A stretch of 63,832 bases of DNA, the filler included, from Bigelowiella natans CCMP2755 (taxonomy: Eukaryota; Protista; Cercozoa), in assembly GCA_000320545.1 (NCBI GenBank). It is 6 parts of 6 records of this genome, joined end to end, with 100 filler letters (N's around TTAATTAATTAA, not from the genome) between each part and the next. Parts side by side here need not be neighbours in the genome. Positions count along the whole stretch, not along the records: positions 23,278 to 30,397 come from ADNK01001282.1; positions 30,498 to 51,080 come from ADNK01000634.1; 4 more parts are not named here. One strand, 5' to 3'. Position 1 is the first letter of the stretch, and each line of letters opens with the position of its first letter. Under the pieces are notes generated by a model. That model saw nothing but the letters and a program-made list of their open reading frames with translations. It did not search any database and was not told where the DNA came from. Shown piece after piece: positions 25,880 to 38,734 of the stretch. The position numbers and the translations under genes were made by a program.

Positions 25880-25905
25880 GTATAGGGACTTAAAAGTCCC
25901 TATAC
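25880..25905. repeat. Perfect 12-bp inverted repeat GTATAGGGACTT-AA-AAGTCCCTATAC
   Basis: Read directly from the sequence. Confidence 0.9.
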
Positions 25906-26823
25906 TTCATGCTTCGAGAAAGCATGCTGCTCCGTCGCAAGTTTGCAAGCGACTTCCAAAGCTCTTCTGGCCATTCACAATTTCCTGAGCATCCATCAAT
26001 TTGCTACAAACTTTCCTTCCTTCCAACATGTCGGTGATTTCCTTGATTTTCTTGCGATCATTCCCAAAATGTTTCTCTGGGTCACAATTTCACGGATCAT
26101 GTCTCGCTCTTCACACTCACCATCCAACCTCCAACCCTTCGTCATGATCCCCTTCATCGCTGTCTCCCATTTCAATTTCATTCTCCAGTTTCCCCAATTG
26201 AGTCTCATTTTTGGACACATCTTCCTCTCGCTTCTTCAACTCGTGTTTCAAATTTCGTTTCCAACCCTTCAGATGATTTTCCAGTTGCTTCACTTTCTCG
26301 CTCACATTCTTGTCTTTGTTGCTCGTTTGATTCCCAGAAACCAAGCAAGTTCCACCATCTTGAACACTCACTTTCCAATCATCTTTTCCCAAGAATTGTG
26401 ACACAGACACTGTCCTTCCTGTTGCTTGATGTCACCAGTCCATGCACAGACACAACCTTCTCTCTGGCTTCCCGTTCGGGGTTGGGGGAGCCAAATTGCG
26501 GCTGGCAGAATTGAGAAGGATTCTCGAGAATTGCCACGTTTTTAGCACTGCGACATGCACCTGTCGTTCATGAACAAATATCCGAATAAAATCTTCGATA
26601 TCTCTCAGTCGCAGGATGAACACCGCATGCATATCGCGGCAAGTAGTCAGTGTGACAGGTGAGAGGAATACATGTACCCTCCTGGTCGTACCGGTACTCA
26701 AGTCGTACATTGTGTTAAACTTAGTGTGGTAAACAATTTAGCATGTCGCAGGGAAGTATCCGCATGTTTTTTTTAAAACATTCTTTTTATTTTAAAATGA
26801 TCTTCCAAAGCTCAACAACTCGA

Positions 26824-27138
26824 ATGGCGGAGGCCAAGCCGAGAGGCCAAACTCAACAACAAAAGCACAGAGCCACTAGCAGACTTTCTCACCCCGTCGG
26901 CACCAGCGTTATCGCGCTTTCGTCCATTTTCCTTTTTGTTAACTTGTGCTTCGTCCTTTCAAAGGCCCTTGACACCAACCAGAGGTCCTTCCACAACGGA
27001 AAGCAGTTGTGCTCGGAAACTTCTCTTCGGAGCTGATGATTTTATGTTTTAAGTTTGTATGTGTGGTTTGTACATATAGGGCAGTTAATATCATTAAATC
27101 GCAAGTTAAAATCTTTAATATTTTGCTTTGGCGTGTTA

Positions 27139-27182
<44 letters not shown>

Positions 27183-28824
27183 TCTCATCCTGTTGCGAAA
27201 TATATCCCAGCCTGAATTGCGGGGTCGAAGACCAGAGTTTTCTAAATCCAATCTCACGAACCTCAATGAATCCGACTTCGAAGATCGCTGGCGTTCTTTT
27301 CTCGTCAGCTCCACGGTTAGGCATTACCCTCTGCTGGGCTGTTCTACGTTCATAGCGTATTTTTCTCACTTCACACGAATAACTGCCCGCAGGCGCAGCG
27401 CCGATTTTACGAGGCAACAAAACAAGGTGTATCAAAGGAACAGTCCCCGAGCGAAGGAGGCAACCAGGAGAGCTTACGGGCTCTTCGGCGGGGCTTATAG
27501 AACCTTTGCAGCGTCTCAGGAAGGCCTCGTTGAAGGTCTTATTCAATATGGCCGTATTCGGAGTCAAAGCGTGAAGGACGCCATGCTAAAGGTGCGACCT
27601 TCGGTAGACCTTTCGAAATTTGAATACTGTGAAGTCGGAGCGAGAATGTGCCGCTTGCACAACCCTTCTTCGCCAAGCGCATGACCTCACACGCTGTCCT
27701 GCAGGTGGATAGAGGCGATTTCACGACGATTGAAGGCAAAGCAGAGGTAGTAGTAGTAATAATAATAGTAGCAACATTTATTGGTATATTCTCGCTGGTG
27801 CTTTTATATCTATTTGTCATGTGTTTCTGACTTTTTAACCGGAGATTTGCGCGGTTCCCTGCTGGCGCGCAAGGAAAGTTTCGCGTAATCTTCATTCGTC
27901 AATAATCGGAAGTCTCATCGTGGTCGCCGGGGGAAATGATCATTTTTGAAAAGTCGTCTACTAATGGATCGAATTCTTGTTGACGATGCGAGATTATTGA
28001 TATCTTTCTCTTCCCTCCATCCCCCTCCCCCCCCCCAAAAATATGCTTGTCAGGCTTACAACGACTACCCGTTATCCATCGGGGAGGGGCAGACAATCTC
28101 TGCCCCGCACATGCATGCAGAGGCCCTTGAGCTCCTTCACGATCATCTGAAGCCAGGCGCGAGGGTGTTAGATGTCGGCTCGGGGTCCGGATATCTAAGT
28201 GCGTGCATGGCCATCATGGTGGCCGACGACCAGGACGACCACCACAGCACCAAAAACGGCAAAGTGGTGGGGGGGGGGGGGGGAGGGGGGGGGGGAGAAC
28301 TTTTTTTTTGCTACGCGTCTTTTTTTGCTGCATCTATGCTTTCGCCAGCGAGCTTCCTCGCCCTCACGCTGCGCGGCGCAATGGAAACAGGTCGTCGGGA
28401 TCGATGTTGTGAAGCCCCTCGTGGCTCGGAGCCTCGTCAGCATTAAGAAGTCCCATGGCGGGCTGCTGCAGTCGGGGGCGCTGGAGATCAAGGAGGGTGA
28501 TGGCTGGGCAGGGGACACGAAAAACGCTCCCTTCGATGCTATTCACGTCGGCGCCGCAGCTTCCAGCGTGCCGGATTCGCTTGTCAGTCAGCTCAAACCA
28601 GGAGGTATTATCAGCGTTCAGGCAATGATGATGACGACCGCTGCTCGGACAAGTCGTCGTCCGTGTGGTGCGCGCGGGGCGGTGATGAAGGGGTGACTAC
28701 GGTGGGGGGGAAAGACCTGTATCAACTATGCGGGATATATAGGGAGATATGGCTGACGATGGGGGCTTGTGTGTTTCGCTTGCTAGCTTGAGATGTACGC
28801 ATGCATTGTAATGCAGCGCGATGG

Positions 28825-28866
<42 letters not shown>

Positions 28867-29228
28867 GAGCTACTGATGGCTGTTGTCATCATCTATCTAT
28901 CTTCAGGGCGGATGATCATTCCAGTCGGCGAGGAGGGAGGGGGGCAGGAGTATCTTCAGATTGACAAGAGTAAGGATGGGAAAAAGGTGATGAGAGAATT
29001 TTTGCTGGAAAGACGAATGATGCACCGTGTCTCTCTCTGGCTGCTCTGAGATGCACGGATTTGCCTTTGATAATGCGTTTCTCCGGGCTCCTGCTTTTGC
29101 ATCTCTATCTTGTGCGTCGTCTGTTTGTGTACGCGTGTACCTATGCAATAACGTATGTGCATATAAAGGTCTCGACAAAGAGCTTGTTCGGCGTGCGATA
29201 CGTGCCGCTGGTAAAGAAGGGAAAATGA
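26824..29228 (+). CDS. PCMT1: Protein-L-isoaspartate O-methyltransferase with bipartite N-terminal leader
   Basis: [57 protein letters not shown]|RMIIPVG, VRYVPL. Upstream exons encode a hydrophobic stretch plus an S/R-rich extension. Confidence 0.92.
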
Positions 29229-29896
29229 AAGGCCTACTACTTGAAAACAACGGGATCGAGGAGGGGGGTACAAACCTATGGGGCCACCGGAAAATTGGCC
29301 TTTTACAGCTTCACATACAGAGGAGGAATATCGCTCGTCGATCATCGCCTCAATTACAGTAACGTACATCCAATCAGCTTTATCATCACGGATAATATAG
29401 TAGGTAACACCGTCCGATCAATATTACATAGTGGGGAGCTCTTTATTGATATCCATGCGCAATGCTGTACACACATGCACATGTAATGTTCAACAGCTTC
29501 GTCATTGATTGTTCACCTTATTACATGTTCCCACACCGAGCCACTTACATAGCGCTTCAATGACCGCAAGAGCGCTGCGTGGCGGCACATCATATTATTG
29601 CCATGATAGTCTATTATGCTCTATTGTTTTACACACCTGCTAGCCTGGACAACATGCACAGCTAGTCTGCTCACCAGCATCATCACACGTGCGCACATGC
29701 GCACTAGCAGCATGTTGCATCGAAAACCCGCAGCAGATGTCATCAGCGTAGTTTCTGCTCCGCGACTGATGACTATTGAGACTTTTCGATTGCACCCATC
29801 ATTCGCCCTCCATCAACGCTGCAAAGGCGCTGCGCGCGGCCCATGGCCGTCCATCTTCAATGACATTTAGTCCTTCACCGCAGCTATGTTCCTCTA

Positions 29897-30304
29897 GCTA
29901 GCCCCAACGCCGTTGTCCGTAGTCTTTGCTGCTGTTCTTCTCTTTCGTGTTGGCAGCAGCGCCCTTTGGCTTCATAGCCAGCCTCGCCATCGTTACCAGT
30001 TCGCGGCGCATGGCCTCCATGCTGCAGTGTGCGTACGTGTGTGTGTGTGTGGGAGAGTGTGCGGGGGGGGGGGCGGGGGGCGGGAGAGAAAGAGGGAGAG
30101 AGAGAGAGAGAGAGAGAGAGGGTCTTCATATTTGGTGTGAAAGGGCTTGGAGTTCATCATGTTTTATTCCAACGATTCGTCGCTTGGAAGAGCGCCAACA
30201 CACATTTTGTGTCTATACAAACTATCACCACCCTTCATTGGCCTCCTGTGCATGCTTTTCGAGCTCCTGTTGCCGGTCTACAATACGTTTGTGAATATTT
30301 GTAT

Positions 30305-30358
<54 letters not shown>

Positions 30359-30397
30359 ATGTGCGTGACGCGACTTGCGGCGGTGATGAGCATTGCT
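29897..30397 (-). CDS. 3' end of a hypothetical spliced gene
   Basis: Short exon-like segments with AG/GT boundaries (RQQELEKHAQEANE; MEAMRRELVTMARL...). No family recognised. Confidence 0.3.
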
Positions 30398-30729
30398 NNN
30401 NNNNNNNNNNNNNNNNNNNNNNNNNNNNNNNNNNNNNNNNNTTAATTAATTAANNNNNNNNNNNNNNNNNNNNNNNNNNNNNNNNNNNNNNNNNNNNGTG
30501 TGCGTGTTTGTGCGTGTGTGTGAAATTAAGACGAAAGAAGGGTGTAAAAAACGTGGTGGGCTTCAAAATACACCAGTACACACAGGGGCCTTTTTTTTAA
30601 GGGGGGGTGTTTAAAATCAAACCCCCCCCCCATCTTTGTTGGTAGAAAGCCCGGAAATTGTTCACAAGAACGCCAGTTTTTCGGAGATTTTTTAATCCCC
30701 CGACCCGGGTTGTGGGGGGGGAGGTTCCA

Positions 30730-30771
<42 letters not shown>

Positions 30772-31216
30772 TAGAGAGAGAGAGAGAGGGGGGGGGGGGG
30801 GGGGGGGTTGTGTAAAGAGCATGATGTGATGTATTGACGAATTCTGCTGTGGCCATCGTGAATAATACGGAATTGCAATAAATACACACTGCAGAGGAGA
30901 AGACATTGTTGTTTGCATCAGTTAAAGAATGGTGTGTTATTCTATCTGCCTGAAATCGCTCTACCTCCCCTCCTCACGAACAAGCCAACGTGATCGTATA
31001 TACTCGATGTTGCGGACCTATGGGAGTTGTTGGGGTGAGGAGAGGATGAGTTGTGTAGGGTGGGGCGGATAGATACCAACACCAAAAGATACCATCGAAT
31101 GTGTAAGGATTATGCGTTTAAATCTATCCCAAACTATGATTTGCTTTACGCACTATCACATATGTATACGTGTTTATAACGTTGTACATTTTACTATAAC
31201 ATAGCTCAAGAGAACA

Positions 31217-31561
31217 TCAGCAGCATACCGAACGATAGCAGGCGCGACGCCTTTGGTTTGAAAGAGAAGTAAATCCCCTGTTTTCATCTCCTTTAGCGCT
31301 AATAAGCATAAATCGCAAAGTAAACACATCAATCAGCAAGCCAAAGACACGACGACGGTAATGGCAGCGCTGTGTGCTTATGGAAATGACGACGACGACG
31401 ACGACCACTACAATGGGAGAGTAGCAATCATTATGATGATTGATAATGCGATATTATACATATATCATTTTTCCTAATCTTTCTCTTGATCCACCTCCGC
31501 ATCACAACCACTTGGCTCCTCCCCCACCGTACCATAGCAACATCATCACCATCACCATCAC

Positions 31562-31596
<35 letters not shown>

Positions 31597-31911
31597 GTTG
31601 TTGTCGTCACACCAGCAGCAGCAGCAGCAGCAGTACTACCTTTCTTGTAGTCTATCTGCGTCATCTTATCGAATCTCACTTGAGGCAGTTGGTCCACCTT
31701 CCAGAACTTGCCTTTCGGGACCGATGACAGCTCTCTGCATAGATGATGAGGAGCATCATATGAGAAGGAGGAGGATGAGGATGAGGAGGACGGGAGGAGG
31801 GGGGGGGGGGGGGAGTTGGCCTGCTGTGTGTGCTGCGCCGTATAATTTGTTCGTATGCGCGTGAATAATTGACATAATATATATTATTTCCATGTGACGT
31901 GGTCGTCGTCG

Positions 31912-31954
<43 letters not shown>

Positions 31955-32039
31955 GTATGGTATGCACCTAGCAACATGCTTCATATTCGTTTGAATCGCC
32001 GTTGCCCATTCTGAAAGCAATTATATGATGATACTGATT

Positions 32040-32070
<31 letters not shown>

Positions 32071-32316
32071 CGTGCATGAGTAAGATCAAGCAGCCTGCGT
32101 ACTGCGTGTGTGTTGAATCAAACTTCATTCTAGAAAGTAGTAACATCACCCTCAGCATCTTCATCGTCCTCGCATTCAAAATCGAATATTCTGAATGAAA
32201 GCACAGAAACACACACACGCACACGCACACACACACACACACTCACTCAAGAATACTGTTGTCATGATATCTTTATGCCTGCATGCATGCTGTGTGCTTT
32301 CCTAGGATGGTGATGG

Positions 32317-32354
<38 letters not shown>

Positions 32355-33236
32355 CAACACTACTCCCAATGACTACAAACATAGCATACTTACCTCTTTC
32401 CAACCGTCACAGCGAATGTATTCTTCACGTAGTACGGAGTGTTGTCCAAGAAGAGGAGAGGAACGTCGTGTAATGCGCCAGCGTGACCGAACAAGAGGCA
32501 ACAACAGCCATCATCGTCAGACGCCGTTTTCGAGCGCATTGAGAAGCAGCAGCAATGATTTGAAAAGGAAATTGTGGTACATAACGAATGGCATCATGAT
32601 GTGTAATTGCACGACAAAAGGAGATCTCAGAGACAACAAAAAGGGCTGTTCGATCAAAGCCCTTGATGCAACAGAGCTCACTATAAATAGCGTCACCTTT
32701 TCAGAACTCACGTCGGAAACATACTTGAGCGGGATCTCTCCCATAGGACGCACAGTCCCCCTCTAAGTTAAAAGCAATCAGCGGTCACAGATTAGAAGAA
32801 AAGAAGGCATTCGAAACATTTGAGGAGTAGGACGTGAGAAATGGAGGGAGAGAAGGATGGAGAGGAGTAGAAGATATGGAAAAATTAAATAGAAGGGCAC
32901 AGTCGGCAGTTATCATCATGAGGGTCAGTAGCAACAGAGAAGTAGTAGTTGGAATGCCCCCCACCCTCTCCGACCTTATAATAGTGAAGAAAACGTCTCG
33001 TTAGAACCAACGTCCGCTCTTGCATTTTGCCACCAACATGTACACCTTGATGAACATGTTTTCAATATTGATGTCTACGTATGATTCTTATTATTGTAAG
33101 AAGAGCTGGAAGAGGAAGAAGAAGATTAAGAACATGAAGAAAGGGAAAGTTTTCATCACCCCCGCTTCTCTTCTTCACTTTGTCTACTCGATACTGGAAA
33201 TCGTTCGATTTATCATCTGATTCCTGGTGACATAGA

Positions 33237-33319
<83 letters not shown>

Positions 33320-33327
33320 GTGTGTGC

Positions 33328-33401
<74 letters not shown>

Positions 33402-33917
33402 GTCTGTGAATAGAATCCCTTCTATATATGAGACTGCTTGGAGAGCAAAAGAATACGCAATAAGTACCTTATTTATATCATTGGTAGGTGACTGAGCCCC
33501 TTCGTCTGTCCCGTCGATAGTTTTCTCCGAGTTGAAAAGCCTATTCTCTTCGTTTCCTTCGCGGCTGTCCGCAGCAGCAACCACAACAACAACGTTGTCA
33601 GATAAGAAAGAGGAGGAGGACTAAATATTGCTTTGCACATGCATGTGTGTTTGTGCCTTATTACTTATGTGCGTCTAGGCTTTTTATGAGCTCTTTGGTG
33701 TCTTTGAGCTTCCGTACAGTCCTCTCCAATGTTTGGACATTGAGCTGCCATCGGCAAAAAACAAACACAATTTTTGCAACAACAAAAAGGGGTGATGCTG
33801 GTTCGTAGATAAAAACATAGAACTCAATTAGGGGTGATGCTGGTTCGCGGATAAAAACATAGAACTCCCTTCCTGTTCCCCCAACATACACACACACACA
33901 CAGACAGACAGACAGAC

Positions 33918-33958
<41 letters not shown>

Positions 33959-34239
33959 CAAATACATTTAAAGAGAGGGGAGTAGTAGAGGCTGAACTTC
34001 TACACCACCGTTTTCGCCTCGATATGCTTGACGAAGTAGTCCCGAAACTCCTTCCTTGTGATGACTTCATCGGCATTCTTATCCTAGTAGTTATGCGAGC
34101 AGATGAGAAACATTCTGTAAACAGATGGTCCGTGCGAGCCTAACCGCTTTCAAGAGTTCTTCGAGGTCGAAGTCTAAGGTCGCTTGTGAGACAAGGTGCT
34201 GTAGTCGATACCAAAAATAATAAATGTTGACATTGAGAT

Positions 34240-34272
<33 letters not shown>

Positions 34273-34483
34273 CAAAAGATGAATTCTAGATTGTACCTTA
34301 AGTTCCTCTATGTCCAGACTGTTGCTGCTATCAACGTCAAGAATGTCGAAAATCTGTCCGATATTTGACAAGGCTGTTATTCTTTGGAAGCACACAGCAG
34401 ACAAATTTGACTCGATTTCTCGAGATATATGAAGCCCAGACCTCTGCGCATGTTTTCTCTGTCTTTTGAACAGTATTCCCCAT
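31217..34483 (-). CDS. EF-hand plus PH-domain protein, possibly N-myristoylated; 3' end uncertain
   Basis: Starts MGNTVQK. EF-hands FDILDVDSSNSLDIEELK and DKNADEVITRKEF. PH-like MQERTLVLTRRFLHYYK|..PMGEIPL..NTFAVTVGKR|IFDFECED..WATAIQ. Confidence 0.7.
33788..33867. repeat. Two-copy tandem duplication (38-bp unit, 42-bp period) in an intron
   Basis: AGGGGTGATGCTGGTTCG(TA/CG)GATAAAAACATAGAACTC x2. Confidence 0.9.
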
Positions 34484-35422
34484 TATGCACTCCGCAATTC
34501 TTCTTTCAACAATTTACTGAATATTTCTTCGAAGGTAGGTCGGCAGAATAAGCACAGAAAGAGCAGACAGCAAAAGCACCAGCAAATTAAATCGAACAGA
34601 ACAATGAGCGCTACAATCGTCAGAAATCCTTAACCCTTCTAGACTAACCCGTCCCAATTCCTACTTACGTTGATGTCTGAAGTGCTGAGTAGGGAAGAAG
34701 CGAAATGATTTCGAGAAGGCACGGCACAGAGTAGGTTAGTGGTAATACTCAGGGCCTAGAACTCCTTCTCTGGACGCGCTCGAGGGGGGTTCTGCAACTT
34801 CGATTTGTCCAACATTCCAGTTGCAGCGACATGAGCATCTGGATGTCGCAGCATCTCGTACAAAGCTAATATAAGCGTAACCGAACTGCGGGAATTTCGT
34901 AGCAAAACCCCACAAGAAATAGCTTCAGTAAACCTCTGAGATTATTGTCGTAGTATAAAGTACCCATGATGATCGTCTTGAGGCATCTGTGGGCTGGGAA
35001 GGTGAGTTATGTCGAAAGTTAATGCAAAGTTGATGTCTCATCTGATAAATTCTATGCGGCTTCAAGTCAGCGCCCTTCTTCTTGCTGACTGGACAACTTA
35101 TTCTCAATTTGAAGGACTTCATTTGATAGCGAAATATCGAAAATATAGAGTCTATTATTTATCTGAAAAGGCATAGTTCGATGTCGTAAATCTCTATATT
35201 GGCTCAAATAAATGACCGAAAAATATGCATCCTAAATTGAATCACTTAGAAAGTTTCTCTAGTCCGTGGGTTTCACCAGATCTATATTTCCCTGTCGCAT
35301 CAATGTCTTAATTAGAGAATGAAGCCAATTTTATCCTAGTGAATAAGTAAAAATGATATAAATGTTAAAATAGGCATTAGTATTCATCGATACTTCACAC
35401 GCTACCGTCTTAATAATACAAA

Positions 35423-35888
35423 ATGCCGAAGGGGAGGTACTCCACCCCACCCCTCTCCCTGACTTACACAGATGCATCGATTGAAATAGAATTTTCACAT
35501 GGGGAGATACATAGAGAGAAAAATATCCTATTGTCCGATTTGACATACGATTAATCGATTTGAAGCCCAATAATTTCGGGGCAGTACGAATATGAGGGGT
35601 TTCCTTAAATTATCGTCCGGCTAAGCTATTCGTTTAAGACGAGACACAACTAATAGCTACATTACAAGATTAATTATTATTAAGTTTCACTCCATCATTG
35701 ACTTTCTCATCGACAGAGGTTCACGTCAAAGAAAAACGTCGAAAGGGGCCTCAGGTGGTCAACAGACCAATGGTCTCGGCTTGACCACGTATACCGACGA
35801 CGCTGCGGGGCTAAAAATGTAATTTTCACCTTCATTGTATTTTTAATTGGGATCTTCCACCTTGTTGTTAGGTGTTCATACATGCATG

Positions 35889-35926
<38 letters not shown>

Positions 35927-36274
35927 GTTATTGGTGCACTAGATACACATAACGTTCATTCGGATGTGTTAAATAGGATAGTAAGAGATCAGGGGAATAG
36001 CATATACTAGTGGTTTCCTTTCTTGTCTCAAAGAATATAGGCTTCAGTTTATGAGCGCATGTGGATCATACCATGTGTTTGCGATGATATTTTGATTTCT
36101 TTTATTCCGCGATGCACTTTTGTTTTAATGTATTTTCTAGATGAGAAAAGTGTCTGACAGGGTGTAAATATTTTTACTTGTTACAGTGATCCGAATACCG
36201 TGCTAGTCCTCTCTCTCTTGTTTGTAGCTTTCGTAATCATCCTACATATCCAAGGGAAATTCCGTAAGGGCTAG
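35423..36274 (+). CDS. SEC61B: Sec61 translocon beta subunit, 3 exons
   Basis: GT-AG splicing gives [67 protein letters not shown], with the YTDD.PGLK..P..VL...LHI.GK signature. Confidence 0.93.
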
Positions 36275-37680
36275 CTAACAATTACTCGAAGAATCGAAAC
36301 GAAAGATGATAAGCTCAAATGAAGATGGTGCATTAAATTTTATTCATCTATCTTCTATGAGTGCGTCAGAAGGGTAATCCGCCTTCTTTACAACATTACG
36401 CTACACTAGTATAATGCAATTTGTTTGTACGTAATTGTACGATGCCAAAGCAAAAATCACGTGTCCGTTGCGTTAGCAAAAAAACAACTTTCTTATTCGA
36501 TAATTCGAGCGAGGGGGCGAGTCGCCAGTATGCAGACAATAATAACAGTGGGGTAGTGCACGCTTGCTGCAGTTCGCACAATCTATTAGCTATGTGCACA
36601 TGCTAGCATGTCGTGTGATGACCCAACTCATCTAGAGCTCCCGCTAGCTCTAGCTACGCTGTTGTAGCAGCTGATGTGACAGCTGCATGTACACGATAGC
36701 TACAGGCTAGCATCGCATGGCTTGTACTAGTGTGTTGCGTGTCTCTTTCTTCTACTACAGCAAACTAGCAAAGAGTCGTTCATTGCTCTGGCTAGTACTT
36801 ATTAGCTACTAGCACAACATATGTATAGGCACATGCGCATGTGCGCCGCTGTGTAATGAATAGCACAGCATGCTATAAGACATGGCAGCTAGTATAGCTA
36901 GCATGCGATCACATGTGCATATGTGAGCTACATAGCAGCTAGCATGATTTGCGCCTGTGATGATGACTAGTAGCTAAGCGCGCAACGCTAGAACGTGCGT
37001 GTGCTACGTACTACTGCATGTGATCGATGTACGTATACAATATATGCGAGGTACGTCATGCCACTATGTATATAGCGTCATCTTATATATCTCTAGATCT
37101 AGTCAGGATGCGGCATGCGGCACGCGCGATCTAATGACCTATGAACACTACTTTTATTATTGAGACATGAAAATTTGCACATGAACGCGCTGCTCTTGCT
37201 AGCACGTACTTTTTGGACATGATTATCATGGTCTAGATGGGGGCGGGCATTCGCATCGTGCACATACGTATCGCATAATACTTGACGTGTTTGTACGCCG
37301 ATTCGATCGTGCATATAGCCGGCATGTGGGAAGATATAATGGTGTTGTGAACATCATATTTTGGTAAACAGGACTAGCTACTAGCTACCGACGTAGGCAG
37401 TACATAGCAGCATTAATATCGTTTTAGTGATCTTACAACTTACATGTTCGAAGACATCTGAGTCTCTCATCAGCGTGACTATTTAAAAAATGTAATTTTT
37501 ATTTCATAACATCCGTCTTTTCATCAGTGCGTGAAATAAAACTGTGCAGAATCCTCAGATGAAAATCTGGAAGAATATGTACATTTGGCTATACAAACGA
37601 TGTCGTTCTGACTCTGTTAAGCACAAGAATATTGTCTTGTAGAATGCTTTTACGTTTACTCTTGTGGAACTTACTAACAC

Positions 37681-38734
37681 TTATTCAAGTTTGGACTCAA
37701 GACTAGCATCAACAGATTTTGCAGGAGCAAGTTCGTCAATGCTCCTTTTGCACAGTGGACACTCTTTCTTACAACTGACTAGCCAAGGGTCGATACATTT
37801 TACGTGGTAATGGTGCTTGCAGGGCAACAGTCGCACTTTACATCCAGTTCTGTAGTCTTCAAAACAAATTCGACAAGAAGCATTGAATTTTTTTGCTTCT
37901 GATGCTTTCGGGTCAAAATTAATGACTCTCGTGAGCCGCTCCACTGCGCTCTTCGAAGCTCCCCGCTTCCACATAGCTCCTTCAAAATCTGAAGGTAATT
38001 ATACATGAAAATTATATCAGAGTTACTTTTATTAGGATTCGTGTAATTCATCTTCTTACTTGGCTGATTTAGCATCACCCGGAACCAAAAGATCGAGAAC
38101 GTCATGTGGAGAAAGAAACAAGCTATATTGGCGATCACAAGAGCGCTCAAAGTCGAAGATGTTTCCTGGAAAAAAAATCAATATTTAAACTATTAAATTT
38201 GTCACAAATTAGTTGATGGTCAGTGCTGACCGTTCCGTGGGCTGCGTATACGAAGAGAAAGGCGAATCCAAACCACGCATAAAGGAAAACTCCGAATATT
38301 TGGTTAATTTTCCAAACTGGTGAGCGGCTTAACTCTAGCAGCAGTTCTATAGCCTCGCCTCTGCTATGTGTAGTGCATGCGCCTTCGAGCCGGAGGAAAA
38401 TTTCTCCCCGAGGCGGAACTTGCATGACGAAGACGAATACGCGAACAAGCAGCCAAAAGCGGAGGAGGGAGTCATGTAAAGCTTCTTCACTCCAAGTTCG
38501 ATACAAAAGAACTACGGTACAAGAGGTCATAGAAACTCCGAGCACGAACCCGAAAATTATGACCGTCCTAGAGATAAAACAAAATCAGAAAATGCGGTCG
38601 AAGTGTCTCGCGCGAGCAGTCATTGATTACACTCGGAAAGATTATCCAAACAAGGAGAGAAGAGTCAATCCCATGCAATTTTACTTGAAGAATCGAATGC
38701 TCTCCATCGGGAATGAACGAAAGATCCAGTCCAT
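37681..38734 (-). CDS. Multi-pass membrane RING-H2 E3 ubiquitin ligase
   Basis: CRIC..LLPCKHHYHVKCIDPWL..CPLC. Several N-terminal TM segments and short GT-AG introns. Start MDWIFRSF is inferred. Confidence 0.87.

Noticed and set aside
25943-26410. Overlapping ORFs on both strands
   Set aside because: Loss of TpA removes TAA/TAG stops and creates spurious ORFs.
30526-30730. Homopolymer-rich odd sequence
   Set aside because: Next to a contig end and looks like low-quality read sequence.
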